Shown: one piece after another, positions 11,035-19,778 of the stretch
Layout of the letters: every line of letters begins with the position of its first letter
How positions within the stretch are numbered: position 1 is the stretch's first letter
Source of the DNA: Pseudomonadota bacterium
Lineage (GTDB): Bacteria > Pseudomonadota > Gammaproteobacteria > Burkholderiales > Burkholderiaceae_C
Reading direction: 5' to 3'
Length of the DNA: 64,000 bases
NCBI GenBank assembly: GCA_030271615.1
Contig: JARXKP010000001.1
Span: 5,743 to 69,742, forward strand
Translations under genes and position numbers: made by a program
The notes under the pieces: generated by a model
Database searches by the model: none
What the model saw: the letters and a program-made list of their open reading frames with translations, nothing else
Told to the model about the DNA's origin: nothing

Positions 11035-14000
11035 TCATTCGAAACCCGCCGGTCCAGGTTGCCGCATCTTGGAACCCCTCGAACAGCACAGCCGGGTGAT
11101 GAGCAACAGCAGGAACAGGAATCGCGGCTCATCGATCAACGTGTTCATCGATCCGGACACCAGGAACGCAAGCAAAGCGGCAAGGGCCGCTGCAGCGTGG
11201 CGGTCGCCCCGCCAGGCAGATCGGGACCCACGGTGAATCGCTGTCAAGACCAGCAGCGTCCAGGCCGCAACGCCGAACCACCCCTGGTCGAATAGAACCG
11301 CGACGGGAAGGCTGTGGATGTGCCACGGAGGGTCGACATCGGTCGAGAAGAACCAGCGATCTAGCCCGTGCTGGAAGTCGCCGTTGGAAAGCAACTGGTC
11401 CCCGTTTTCGGTCTGCAATCGAATGTCGGTCACATCGACAAACGCTCCGCTCTCGGGCGTGTGCAACGACAACTTCACGGACCGAGGCCACTGTCCTCGA
11501 TGTTCGGCGAGCAGGGTCAGATCGATCGGAACCTGGGCGGTGGTCCAGGCCTTGGCGGTGTCTCCGGCCCGGACGCTGGCAGCCACACATCTGCGCGAAG
11601 TGAGCATCCATTTCTCGCAAACGCTCACCTCGAAGATGGCTGCCGGCTTGTTGGCCCGCAGCCGCACCGTCAGCATCTGCGGTTGCGTGGCCGGCACCGA
11701 GATCATCTGATCGATGAAGAGTCCACCACCACCGCCAGCGAGATGCAGGTAACGAAGATCGCCGTCGGATTCCAGTCGATAGGAACTCGCACGCACCGGT
11801 TCGCGACTGCGCCAGTAATGCGTTTCAGGGAAACGCCCGACGCCCATCCCGAAAACCTCGGTCCAGCCGTCGGCGTCTCGCATGGCCAGTGCGTCGCCCC
11901 AGTGGGCTTGTCGGATGGACAGGTCGTGTGCCCAGCGCGACATTCGCTCTTGTGCAAACGAACCCATGAATACCGGAAGCGCTGCAGCCACGATCGCGGC
12001 GGCAAGCAGTCCACCGAACAAGGCCTGCCTCCATGAGCTCGCTCTGCCCGAGAGAAACAGCAGAAAGAGCAGCGCCAGGCCAAAGGCTGCATACCCGTTG
12101 CGCGAGAAGGTGACCATCATCGCGTAGCTGGCCCCCACCAGCAGCACTGCACCCGCGAGTCGGACACTCCACCGCCGGCTTTCCAGCACACGCAGAACGA
12201 CGAAAGGGGTCGTGATGGCGATGTAGCACTCGATGAACGCGCCACCGCGGTGCATCGCCGAAAACGGTCCGGTGACCCGATACACATCGGCAAAATCGAA
12301 CAGGCCGACGAACACCTGGCGCTCCCATGCAACAAAGGCCACCACGTAAGCGAGTCCCAGAACCATGCCTGAAATCAGCGTGGCGTGGGCGTCTTGCCCG
12401 CCATGTTTGAGCCGCTCGAACAAACCGACGAACAGCCACGCCCAAAGTGCGCCTTTGAAAATTCGCAATGCGTTGTAGGGGCTGTAGTAATTGGAAAAGC
12501 CGTTGCCGTCGGGCCAGGGCCAAGGCATCGTCCCCAACGCCGTGCTCAGCATCAGGCTCAGCGCAAGAAAAGCGAAGGCAAGTTGCCACGGGTTGCGGTC
12601 AGCGCGCCTTGACGCGGAAGGCGAGCGCAGGTAACCCACGGTCAGGCAGATCATCACCAGCAGGTCGTACTCATCCCAGAAGAAGCGCCCTGTCCACGGT
12701 GCGAGGTCGAGGGCTGGCAAGAACGCGGGAACGATCAGCAGGGCCATCAATGGGCGAACCCAGACCGCCGCGGCACACGTCACCAGCAGCAACGCCGAGG
12801 TGACAGCAAATGCGGGAGCGGAAAAAAGATACCAGCCCGACAGCAGCAGTGCCACACACGACATCGAAATCGCCCGCAGCGCGCGGTGATCTGAACGCAC
12901 AGCAGCCGACGCTGCCCGCGAATCGACAGACACTGAGGGCTCACGGACGGGTGAGGCAGCTCGCAACGACCAGGCTTCGGCCCCTCGTACGAATGCCCCA
13001 CAAACGGAGGAAGCAATCCACAGGTTGGTCGTATCGGGGTGCAGTCCGGCAAGCGAAAGCTTGCTCACTTCGATGAGCAGGCAGACAGCGGCGCCCCACC
13101 CTGCAGCCACCCAGGCAGAACGGCGCAAGGCCCAGGCCAGAACCCCAACTGGCAGATACATCAGCACCACGCTGGCCAGGCTGGACAGCGCGTGGGCTTC
13201 AGTCGTGTAGTAGTGGTAATAGAAAGGAAGGAATCTCAACTCGCGCAACCGCCAGGACATCGCTTCCCAGCCTTGCCATTCCCACGCGAACCAGCCATTC
13301 ACGGCTATCAACAAGAGAAGATACGCGGGAAGCCAGATGCCACAGCTGCGCGCAAGCCCTGCGCGCAAGCCTTCCTCGCTCCAGCGCTGGCGCCGCCGCC
13401 ACAGCGCGAGACCCACCACCATGCCCAAGACCCGAGTGAGTACCGACGCCCCCTGTGTGGTGCCCGTGGCGATCATCAGCTGCGCACCCTCGACCGCCAG
13501 TCCGACGACAAGTCCAACGAAGGCCGCACCGACCCAGCTTGGCGCCATACGTCGGGCGGCACGCTGACCAAGCAGTGCGCCCAGAGGTGCTGTCAACGCG
13601 ACCTCGATACCGAGTTGAAGCACGACGAGCAGGAGGCGGTGGTCGTGCCCGGCGAGCCACCAGCCCCACAGATCAGAAGCAAATTTCTGCTCGAGTTCGG
13701 CCCTTGAAATCAGCAGGTCGTATGGGAAAAGGCAGAAGGCCAAGTACGCCGCGAGATAGACATGCAAGGCATGGCTCTTGAACCAAGGTCCGGCCAGATG
13801 CAGTGCCGCCGACTGAAGCTTGCCTCGCCCGGGGTATCCCAACGCCAACGATGCGCCGAGCACGCTCCCGATGCATTCGGCCATCACGTCATTGAGAGAT
13901 ACGGTGCGGGCCGGGAAAAAGACCTGTGCAAACTCGACACTCAGCGCCAGAGACACCCCAAGCGCTGAGGCAGCCATCCCTGCGATGCCCGGCCACCAAT

Positions 14001-14232
14001 TGCGACGCAGCAATTGCCAAGCAGAAAGGAATCCGATCGGCGCGTACAACACACCGTTGGCGATCCAGTCTGCGCGTGACGCCACGCCCAGATGCAGGAA
14101 TGGCATCGACTGGAAACGCCGCCAGGCCTCGTCCAGAGGCAGTGGGTGGAAGTCCAGCGGGACCAGACTGCCGTAGACGACAAATAACAGGTAACCGAGC
14201 AGCGCAGCACGCTCAGCGGGAATGCGCATCAT
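11035..14232 (-). CDS. VanZ-like domain fused to an O-antigen ligase-like (Wzy_C) membrane protein; paralogue of 9017..10969
   Basis: 1065 aa. N-terminus is VanZ-like (LLFVVYGSLVPLDF..WIANGVLYAPIGF..LNDVMAECIGSVLGA). The C-terminal ~600 aa are collinear with the neighbour (LAPWTGRFFWDEYDLLVM, FSRNGYAA, NGDFQHGLDRW, WHIHSL). Confidence 0.65.
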   Translation of the reverse strand: MMRIPAERAALLGYLLFVVYGSLVPLDFHPLPLDEAWRRFQSMPFLHLGVASRADWIANGVLYAPIGFLSAWQLLRRNWWPGIAGMAASALGVSLALSVEFAQVFFPARTVSLNDVMAECIGSVLGASLALGYPGRGKLQSAALHLAGPWFKSHALHVYLAAYLAFCLFPYDLLISRAELEQKFASDLWGWWLAGHDHRLLLVVLQLGIEVALTAPLGALLGQRAARRMAPSWVGAAFVGLVVGLAVEGAQLMIATGTTQGASVLTRVLGMVVGLALWRRRQRWSEEGLRAGLARSCGIWLPAYLLLLIAVNGWFAWEWQGWEAMSWRLRELRFLPFYYHYYTTEAHALSSLASVVLMYLPVGVLAWALRRSAWVAAGWGAAVCLLIEVSKLSLAGLHPDTTNLWIASSVCGAFVRGAEAWSLRAASPVREPSVSVDSRAASAAVRSDHRALRAISMSCVALLLSGWYLFSAPAFAVTSALLLVTCAAAVWVRPLMALLIVPAFLPALDLAPWTGRFFWDEYDLLVMICLTVGYLRSPSASRRADRNPWQLAFAFLALSLMLSTALGTMPWPWPDGNGFSNYYSPYNALRIFKGALWAWLFVGLFERLKHGGQDAHATLISGMVLGLAYVVAFVAWERQVFVGLFDFADVYRVTGPFSAMHRGGAFIECYIAITTPFVVLRVLESRRWSVRLAGAVLLVGASYAMMVTFSRNGYAAFGLALLFLLFLSGRASSWRQALFGGLLAAAIVAAALPVFMGSFAQERMSRWAHDLSIRQAHWGDALAMRDADGWTEVFGMGVGRFPETHYWRSREPVRASSYRLESDGDLRYLHLAGGGGGLFIDQMISVPATQPQMLTVRLRANKPAAIFEVSVCEKWMLTSRRCVAASVRAGDTAKAWTTAQVPIDLTLLAEHRGQWPRSVKLSLHTPESGAFVDVTDIRLQTENGDQLLSNGDFQHGLDRWFFSTDVDPPWHIHSLPVAVLFDQGWFGVAAWTLLVLTAIHRGSRSAWRGDRHAAAALAALLAFLVSGSMNTLIDEPRFLFLLLLITRLCCSRGSKMRQPGPAGFE

Positions 14233-14260
14233 GAGTGCCAGTCAAACTTTCAGCGCCCGG

Positions 14261-14288
14261 AAGCGAAAACCGGCGCAACAGCGCCGGT
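14261..14288 (-). terminator. rho-independent-terminator-like hairpin
   Basis: On the minus strand: ACCGGCGC-TGTT-GCGCCGGT (perfect 8-bp stem) followed by TTTCGCTT. Lies ~75 nt after the stop of 14361..14831 and only ~30 nt before the ATG at 14232. Confidence 0.5.
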
Positions 14289-14360
14289 CAAACGAAGTGA
14301 CTGCCGTCACCTCAGGTGGTAACGATCACTGTTCCACCCCATGACAGGGTACGGTTCCCG

Positions 14361-14831
14361 TCAAAATCCGCACGGTGGACTGCTGGTGCTGAGCGTGGCG
14401 TTTGTGATGTTTCGCGCCCCGCAAAAATTGAGCGTTGAACCCGATTGGCATACGGTGTATTCGTAGGTTCCGCCTGCTCCGTAGTCGTAATGAACCTTGG
14501 TGTTAGCGCCATTGCCAACGATCGACCAAGACCCAACCACTTTGGACTTGTCGACCGAGTCGCTTGGGCCGCGTTTGTAATCCGTGAGAAGGCCACCGCC
14601 CGTGGTGTTTCCACCGTGCAATTCCTGCCATCGTTCCTTGGCGGAAACGCTGGCACAAACCGTCTTGTTGCCGAGGAGACTGGCCAAGTCAGTAGGGCTA
14701 TTCACGACGGTTCCCGATCCGCACGCACAAGGCTGCCCAACGTCGACGGGTTGAACCGCTGAAGCACCCGACATCGAAGCAAGATACAGCAACCCGCCCA
14801 ACGCAACCTCTATCAAACCGCGATTTTTCAT
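14361..14831 (-). CDS. small secreted hypothetical protein (Cys-containing)
   Basis: MKNRGLIEVALGGLLYLASMSGASA|VQP is a signal peptide. The mature part is ~130 aa, Gly/Thr/Ser-rich, with 5 Cys. No family recognised. Start taken at the second ATG of ORF 14361..14843. Confidence 0.5.
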   Translation of the reverse strand: MKNRGLIEVALGGLLYLASMSGASAVQPVDVGQPCACGSGTVVNSPTDLASLLGNKTVCASVSAKERWQELHGGNTTGGGLLTDYKRGPSDSVDKSKVVGSWSIVGNGANTKVHYDYGAGGTYEYTVCQSGSTLNFCGARNITNATLSTSSPPCGF

Positions 14832-14960
14832 ACCGACCTCCACATATATCGGTTGATGTTATGGGAACGAACCCGACGCTGCAATTTGCAGTTGCCCCCG
14901 CATCCGTGGGGGATGCCACAAGACGCCGAAACCTCAAACAATTGATTTGACTGGGCCAAC

Positions 14961-16037
14961 ATGCATTTCCTTGAACCGGGAGGGCCCGCTCGCTCAGAGA
15001 TTCCGAATTCGCGTACGAGGCGACCGCACACGCCCTCGGATGCTGCGCGACGGCGCGTGTTCCTTGTAGGCCTCGCTGCGGTGGCCATGACTGCACACTC
15101 GAGAAGTGCACCGCGCACCCTTGTTGTCGGCGCGGGCGAGCGCTTTAGAACGCTGCATGAAGCGGTGCGCGCGGCCGACAGTGGCGACGTGATCGAGATT
15201 CAACCTGGCGAGTACCACGGCGACGTATCGGTTATCGACGCGCCGCATCTGACCATCCGCGGCCTGGGCCCCGGCGCCGTGTTCCACGCAGAGGGCCAGC
15301 ATGCCGAGGGCAAGGCCATGCTGGTGGTGCGCGGTGACGTGGCGATCGAAAACATCGAGTTCCGCGGCGCCCGCGTGCCCGTCGGAAATGGCGCCGGCAT
15401 TCGCTTCGAGCAAGGCCGCCTGGCCCTTCGGCGCTGCCGCTTCTTCGACAACGAGATGGGCATCCTGACCGCCAACGAGGCCGACATGGTGTTGGACGTG
15501 GTGGACTGCGAGTTCGGGGCCGCACCGCGCCACGAAGGCATGCTGCACCACCTGCTGTACGTCGGCGCGATAGGCGCCTTCAGCATCCAGGGCAGCCGGT
15601 TCAGCCAGGGATGGCGTGGGCACCTGCTGAAGTCTCGAGCGCTGCATAACCGCGTGATCAACAACCGGCTCGACGACCGCCCTGATGGCGAAGCGTCCTA
15701 CGAACTCGAATTTCCGAACGGTGGTCACAACGTGGTCGTGGGCAACCTCATCGCGCAGAGCGCACAGACGCAAAACCCGGATCTGCTCAGCATGGGCGCC
15801 GAGGCACGGGACGGCATGACGGGCAGCCTGGTGCTGGCGAACAACACCTTCATCAACGCCGCAAGTGCCCATGCACGCTTCGTCCACGTGTGGACCGATC
15901 GCCTGGCTGGCGAGGTACCGGTCAGCATGACCAACAACCTGTTCGTCGGGGCGGGCCAGCTGCATCTGCCACCGATCTGGGACGGGGGTGGAAACCGTCG
16001 GCTGGACCTTGACGCGTTTGCGCCACCATCGCGTTGA
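14961..16037 (+). CDS. right-handed parallel beta-helix repeat protein with Tat-like signal (possible polysaccharide lyase/epimerase/hydrolase)
   Basis: AARRRVFLVGLAAVAMTAHS is a twin-arginine-type leader. Repeated beta-helix turns (GDVIEIQPGEYHG, VRGDVAIENIEFRGA, GAGIRFEQGRLALRRCRFFDNEMGIL, VVGNLI, LANNTFIN). Confidence 0.6.
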   Translation: MHFLEPGGPARSEIPNSRTRRPHTPSDAARRRVFLVGLAAVAMTAHSRSAPRTLVVGAGERFRTLHEAVRAADSGDVIEIQPGEYHGDVSVIDAPHLTIRGLGPGAVFHAEGQHAEGKAMLVVRGDVAIENIEFRGARVPVGNGAGIRFEQGRLALRRCRFFDNEMGILTANEADMVLDVVDCEFGAAPRHEGMLHHLLYVGAIGAFSIQGSRFSQGWRGHLLKSRALHNRVINNRLDDRPDGEASYELEFPNGGHNVVVGNLIAQSAQTQNPDLLSMGAEARDGMTGSLVLANNTFINAASAHARFVHVWTDRLAGEVPVSMTNNLFVGAGQLHLPPIWDGGGNRRLDLDAFAPPSR

Positions 16038-16210
16038 TCGTTGGCGCGGATCAGCAGCAGCCATCGAAAACAGTAATTTCATGCACAACCGGCCGCAGAA
16101 CGGGTGCGACGACAACCTGCGCGTCAGTAACAATCCTGTGCGATCGTCAACGTCGAAGTTTGGCGTCGGAATCGACCGTTGCTGACCACCCAAGGACCCC
16201 ACTGAACTCC

Positions 16211-17905
16211 ATGAGCGAAGCCTTCGTTGCCCCCTCCACACGCTTCGCGAAGCCCTCGTTGACATGGGGCAGGCCCCGGTTCAGCGACACGCAAATTGCC
16301 GACGTGGCACGGACGCAGGGTGAATCTGCCGCTTGGAGGACGGCTCTGGCACAAGGTGCGGCTGCGGCCGCAGCCGGCGCCAGCGGCGACTTTGCGGTGG
16401 GGCTCAGCGACGACACGGGCCGCACGTTCCTCGCGGTGGATCGATTTTCAGTGCACTCGCTGTGCTATCGCGTCATAGCGGGGCAATTGCATTTTTCAGC
16501 GCGCGCAGACGAATTGGCGGCGTTGCCTCCGAAGGCCGACATCGACCCGCAAGCCATTTTTGACTACCTGTACTTTCACGTCATTCCTTCGCCGCGAACC
16601 ATTTTTTGTGGTGTCTTCCGGCTTCCAGCAGCACATTACGCGCTGTTCGAGCATGGCCAGCTCACGGTGGCTCCCTATTGGGTACCGCAGTTCAACGAAA
16701 TCGCACGTCCCGATTTCAAAGAGCTCGCTGCAGAATTTCGCGAGTTGATGCGCAGCGCAGTCGCCGCGCAGCTCGACGACGGCAAGGCTGCGTGCTTTCT
16801 CAGCGGCGGCACCGACAGCTCCACCGTCGCCGGCATGATCGGTGAAGCGGCAGGGCGGCCAGCTGCCACCTACTCGATCGGCTTCGAGGCCGAGGGCTAC
16901 GACGAGATGGAATTTGCACGCATCGCGGCCAAACGGTTCGGCACCGAGCACCACGAGTACTACGTCACGCCCGACGACCTGGTGCGCAGCATTCCCACCG
17001 TGGCCGCGCACTACGACCAGCCGTTCGGCAACTCGTCTGCGCTGCCGGCTTTCTACTGTGCGCAAATGGCGTGTTCCGATGGCGTCACCAAACTGCTGGC
17101 CGGCGACGGCGGTGACGAGCTGTTCGGGGGCAATTCGCGCTATGCCAAGCAGCGCGTTTTCGGTTGGTACGACAACGTTCCGGCAGCTCTGCGCGGCGGA
17201 TTGCTCGAGCCGTTGCTGGAGCGAACTGCGCTGGGCACGCTACCGCTCGCGAGCAAGGGTCGCAGCTACGTCGAACAAGCCAAGGTGCCGTTGCCCGACC
17301 GCATGCAGATGTACAACCTGCTGCTGCGCCTCGGCGTGGAAAATGTCTTCACGCCCGACTTCCTGGCCCGCGTCGACCCGTCCGACCCGCTGATCCAGCA
17401 ACGTGGCGTGTGGCAGCAGGTACAACGCGCCAGTCCGCTGAACCGCATGCTGGCCTTCGACTGGCGCTACACGCTGGCTGAGGCCGATCTGCCGAAGGTG
17501 TGCGGCACCACGGCGCTGGCCGGCGTGGGTGTCGGCTTTCCCTTCCTGGATCCGCAGCTGCTCGAGTTCTCGATGCGACTGCCCACCGACTACAAGCTCA
17601 AAGGGCTGAAGCTGCGCTGGTTCTTCAAGGAGGCGTTGCGCGGCTTTCTGCCGGACGAGATCATCACCAAGAAAAAGCAGGGCTTCGGGTTGCCGTTCGG
17701 CGTGTGGACGAACCGGCATGCCGGATTGCGGCGGTTGGCAAGCGACTCGTTGCACAGTCTGGCCGAGCGAGGCATCGTGCGTCAGGACTTCATCACAACG
17801 TTGCTCGACGAGCACCTGTCTGCCCACCCCAGCTACTACGGCGAGATGGTGTGGATTCTGATGATGCTGGAGCAGTGGCTGCAAGGCCGCGCACCGGCTT
17901 GGTAG
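16211..17905 (+). CDS. asparagine synthase (AsnB) family protein with truncated glutaminase domain (no Cys nucleophile)
   Basis: PP-loop FLSGGTDSS, plus AsnB blocks VDRFSVHSLCY, YDQPFGNSSALP, LLAGDGGDELFGG and KKKQGFGLP. ATG 16211 (MSEAF...); no MCG anywhere upstream in the open frame (16034). Confidence 0.75.
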   Translation: MSEAFVAPSTRFAKPSLTWGRPRFSDTQIADVARTQGESAAWRTALAQGAAAAAAGASGDFAVGLSDDTGRTFLAVDRFSVHSLCYRVIAGQLHFSARADELAALPPKADIDPQAIFDYLYFHVIPSPRTIFCGVFRLPAAHYALFEHGQLTVAPYWVPQFNEIARPDFKELAAEFRELMRSAVAAQLDDGKAACFLSGGTDSSTVAGMIGEAAGRPAATYSIGFEAEGYDEMEFARIAAKRFGTEHHEYYVTPDDLVRSIPTVAAHYDQPFGNSSALPAFYCAQMACSDGVTKLLAGDGGDELFGGNSRYAKQRVFGWYDNVPAALRGGLLEPLLERTALGTLPLASKGRSYVEQAKVPLPDRMQMYNLLLRLGVENVFTPDFLARVDPSDPLIQQRGVWQQVQRASPLNRMLAFDWRYTLAEADLPKVCGTTALAGVGVGFPFLDPQLLEFSMRLPTDYKLKGLKLRWFFKEALRGFLPDEIITKKKQGFGLPFGVWTNRHAGLRRLASDSLHSLAERGIVRQDFITTLLDEHLSAHPSYYGEMVWILMMLEQWLQGRAPAW

Positions 17906-18014
17906 TGGAAGTCATCGTCATCATGACGCCACCCTCGCGTCCAGCAGGGACCTTCCTGTTCATGCGAGCAATGATCATTTTCGACGCTGACTGTATGCGC
18001 GACAAGGACAGCCC

Positions 18015-19778
18015 GTGACTTCGGAAGGCGGCTTTCACGGCCTCTTTCAACCGGCAGGACAGGGCCCGGAACGCTTCACCGTGGCACTGATTTCAGACCA
18101 GAAAACCACTGAAGATCCCGGGCCGGGTGCCACCACCGCTTTTCCAGGCCGACATCTCGCGGGCTGCCAGCACGCCGAACGCCAAAGTGTGGCCTGCGTT
18201 GGCGAGATCTACAACGCTGACGACCTCTGCCGCCAATTGGGATTGGCACCAGGCAGCTCACTGACACACATGCTGATGGTCGGTTGGCAGCGTTGGTCAT
18301 TGAACTTGCTGACACACCTCAACGGCGTGTTCTCGCTTGTGCTGCGGGACGAGAACGAACTGCTTCTGTACCGCGACCCATCAGGCCTGCGCAACCTGTA
18401 TTTCTACACCGGGCAAAGCGGTCAGATCTCGTTTGGCACGCATCTGGACGCACTCTTGGGTCGGCCCGAAACCGAGCGTCGACTTGCGCGTCGATCACTC
18501 CATGAGTACCTGCGGTTCGGAGACATCGCCGCCACTCATACCTTGTTCGAAGAGGTGTCCGCTATCGAAGCAGGTCAGTTGCTCCGATGGTCTGCTCGAT
18601 GCATGGAGACGCTCACGTTTCCCCAAGCCGATACCGCCTCCCCGGCAAGCTTTTCCGACGCGGTGGAGATGGCCGATCAACTGTTGCAGCACAGCGTTCG
18701 GACTCGTCTGGCGGATGTAGATCGCCCCGCAGCATTCCTGAGTGGTGGCATGGATTCCGCGCTGCTTTGTGCGATGGCGTCCAAGTTCCGCAAGGATACG
18801 GTGGCGATCACAGTTGGGTTTGACACACCCAGCTATGACGAAGCCGGCGTCGCACAGCAAATTGCCTCTCACCTGGGAATGACGCACGAAGTCTTGCGGT
18901 TCACGCGCCAGGAATATCTATCAAGCTTCGAACGCCTCGGTCAAAGCACTGAGCAGCCGATCGCCGATCCCGCAGCTTCGGCCACGTTGCTGGCATTCGA
19001 CCACTGCCGCAGTCGTTTCGATGTCGTCATCGACGGAACCGGTGCTGACGAAGCGGTGGGCATGCTGCCACCGCGTCATGTCCGACTTGCAGTGGAGTAC
19101 GCGAGCCTCATTCCTCGGAGTCCGCGCTTGATGTTGGCCCGAATGCTGCGCGCTTCACCAAGCCTCAAGGGGTACGCCCCGGTCCTGGATTTTGAACACC
19201 CGGCAGACACGATGATTCGATGGCGTGGTTTCACGCGGACGGAAATCGAAGGGCTTTGCGACGAACCGGTGCGGTTCGAACACACTCAGTTCTACCGGAC
19301 GTTCCACCGCCATCCGCGCAGAGACCACTTCGAGCGCTACAGCGCGCTGATGAACGCCATGCCAAGTGATCGCCTGAGCCAGGCAACGCTGATCAGCGGC
19401 ATGCTGGCGCGGTACCCCTACTGCGACAGCGAAACAGACCGTTTCATTCGGCAACTTCGCACCGACTACCGGTACTTGCCAGGGGAGCCGAAGCGCATCC
19501 TGCGTGCACTTCTGGCACGCTACCTGGACGCTCGGATCTGGGACGGGCCCAAACATGGTTTCAACTTCCCGATGCGCGAGTTCCTGGCAGGCCAGAACTA
19601 CCTGCTGGTGCGCCAGTATCTGGATGCTGGACTTTGGCGCCAGACTGGCGTTCTTCGGCACGACAAGGTGCACAGCTACGCGGCGCAGTTCATTGCCGGA
19701 GATGATCGATTGACGTTCAGAGTCTGGTCGCTGGTAGTGCTCGGCGCCTGGTTATCGAACCATGGCGAACTACACTGA
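18015..19778 (+). CDS. asparagine synthase (AsnB) family protein, nucleophile position substituted (GGFHGLF)
   Basis: PP-loop FLSGGMDSA, plus VGEIYNADDL, GVFSLVL..LLLYRDPSGLRNLYF and IDGTGADE. The N-terminus is MTSEGGFHGLF where MCGIxGxF is expected. GTG start follows AAGGA. Confidence 0.7.
   Translation: MTSEGGFHGLFQPAGQGPERFTVALISDQKTTEDPGPGATTAFPGRHLAGCQHAERQSVACVGEIYNADDLCRQLGLAPGSSLTHMLMVGWQRWSLNLLTHLNGVFSLVLRDENELLLYRDPSGLRNLYFYTGQSGQISFGTHLDALLGRPETERRLARRSLHEYLRFGDIAATHTLFEEVSAIEAGQLLRWSARCMETLTFPQADTASPASFSDAVEMADQLLQHSVRTRLADVDRPAAFLSGGMDSALLCAMASKFRKDTVAITVGFDTPSYDEAGVAQQIASHLGMTHEVLRFTRQEYLSSFERLGQSTEQPIADPAASATLLAFDHCRSRFDVVIDGTGADEAVGMLPPRHVRLAVEYASLIPRSPRLMLARMLRASPSLKGYAPVLDFEHPADTMIRWRGFTRTEIEGLCDEPVRFEHTQFYRTFHRHPRRDHFERYSALMNAMPSDRLSQATLISGMLARYPYCDSETDRFIRQLRTDYRYLPGEPKRILRALLARYLDARIWDGPKHGFNFPMREFLAGQNYLLVRQYLDAGLWRQTGVLRHDKVHSYAAQFIAGDDRLTFRVWSLVVLGAWLSNHGELH

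Noticed and set aside
16211-19778. AsnB-like proteins lacking the nucleophile as lasso-peptide cyclases or beta-lactam/carbapenam synthetases.
   Set aside because: No transglutaminase-like leader protease, no small precursor ORF and no other RiPP or beta-lactam genes are nearby. The context is entirely glycan biosynthesis.
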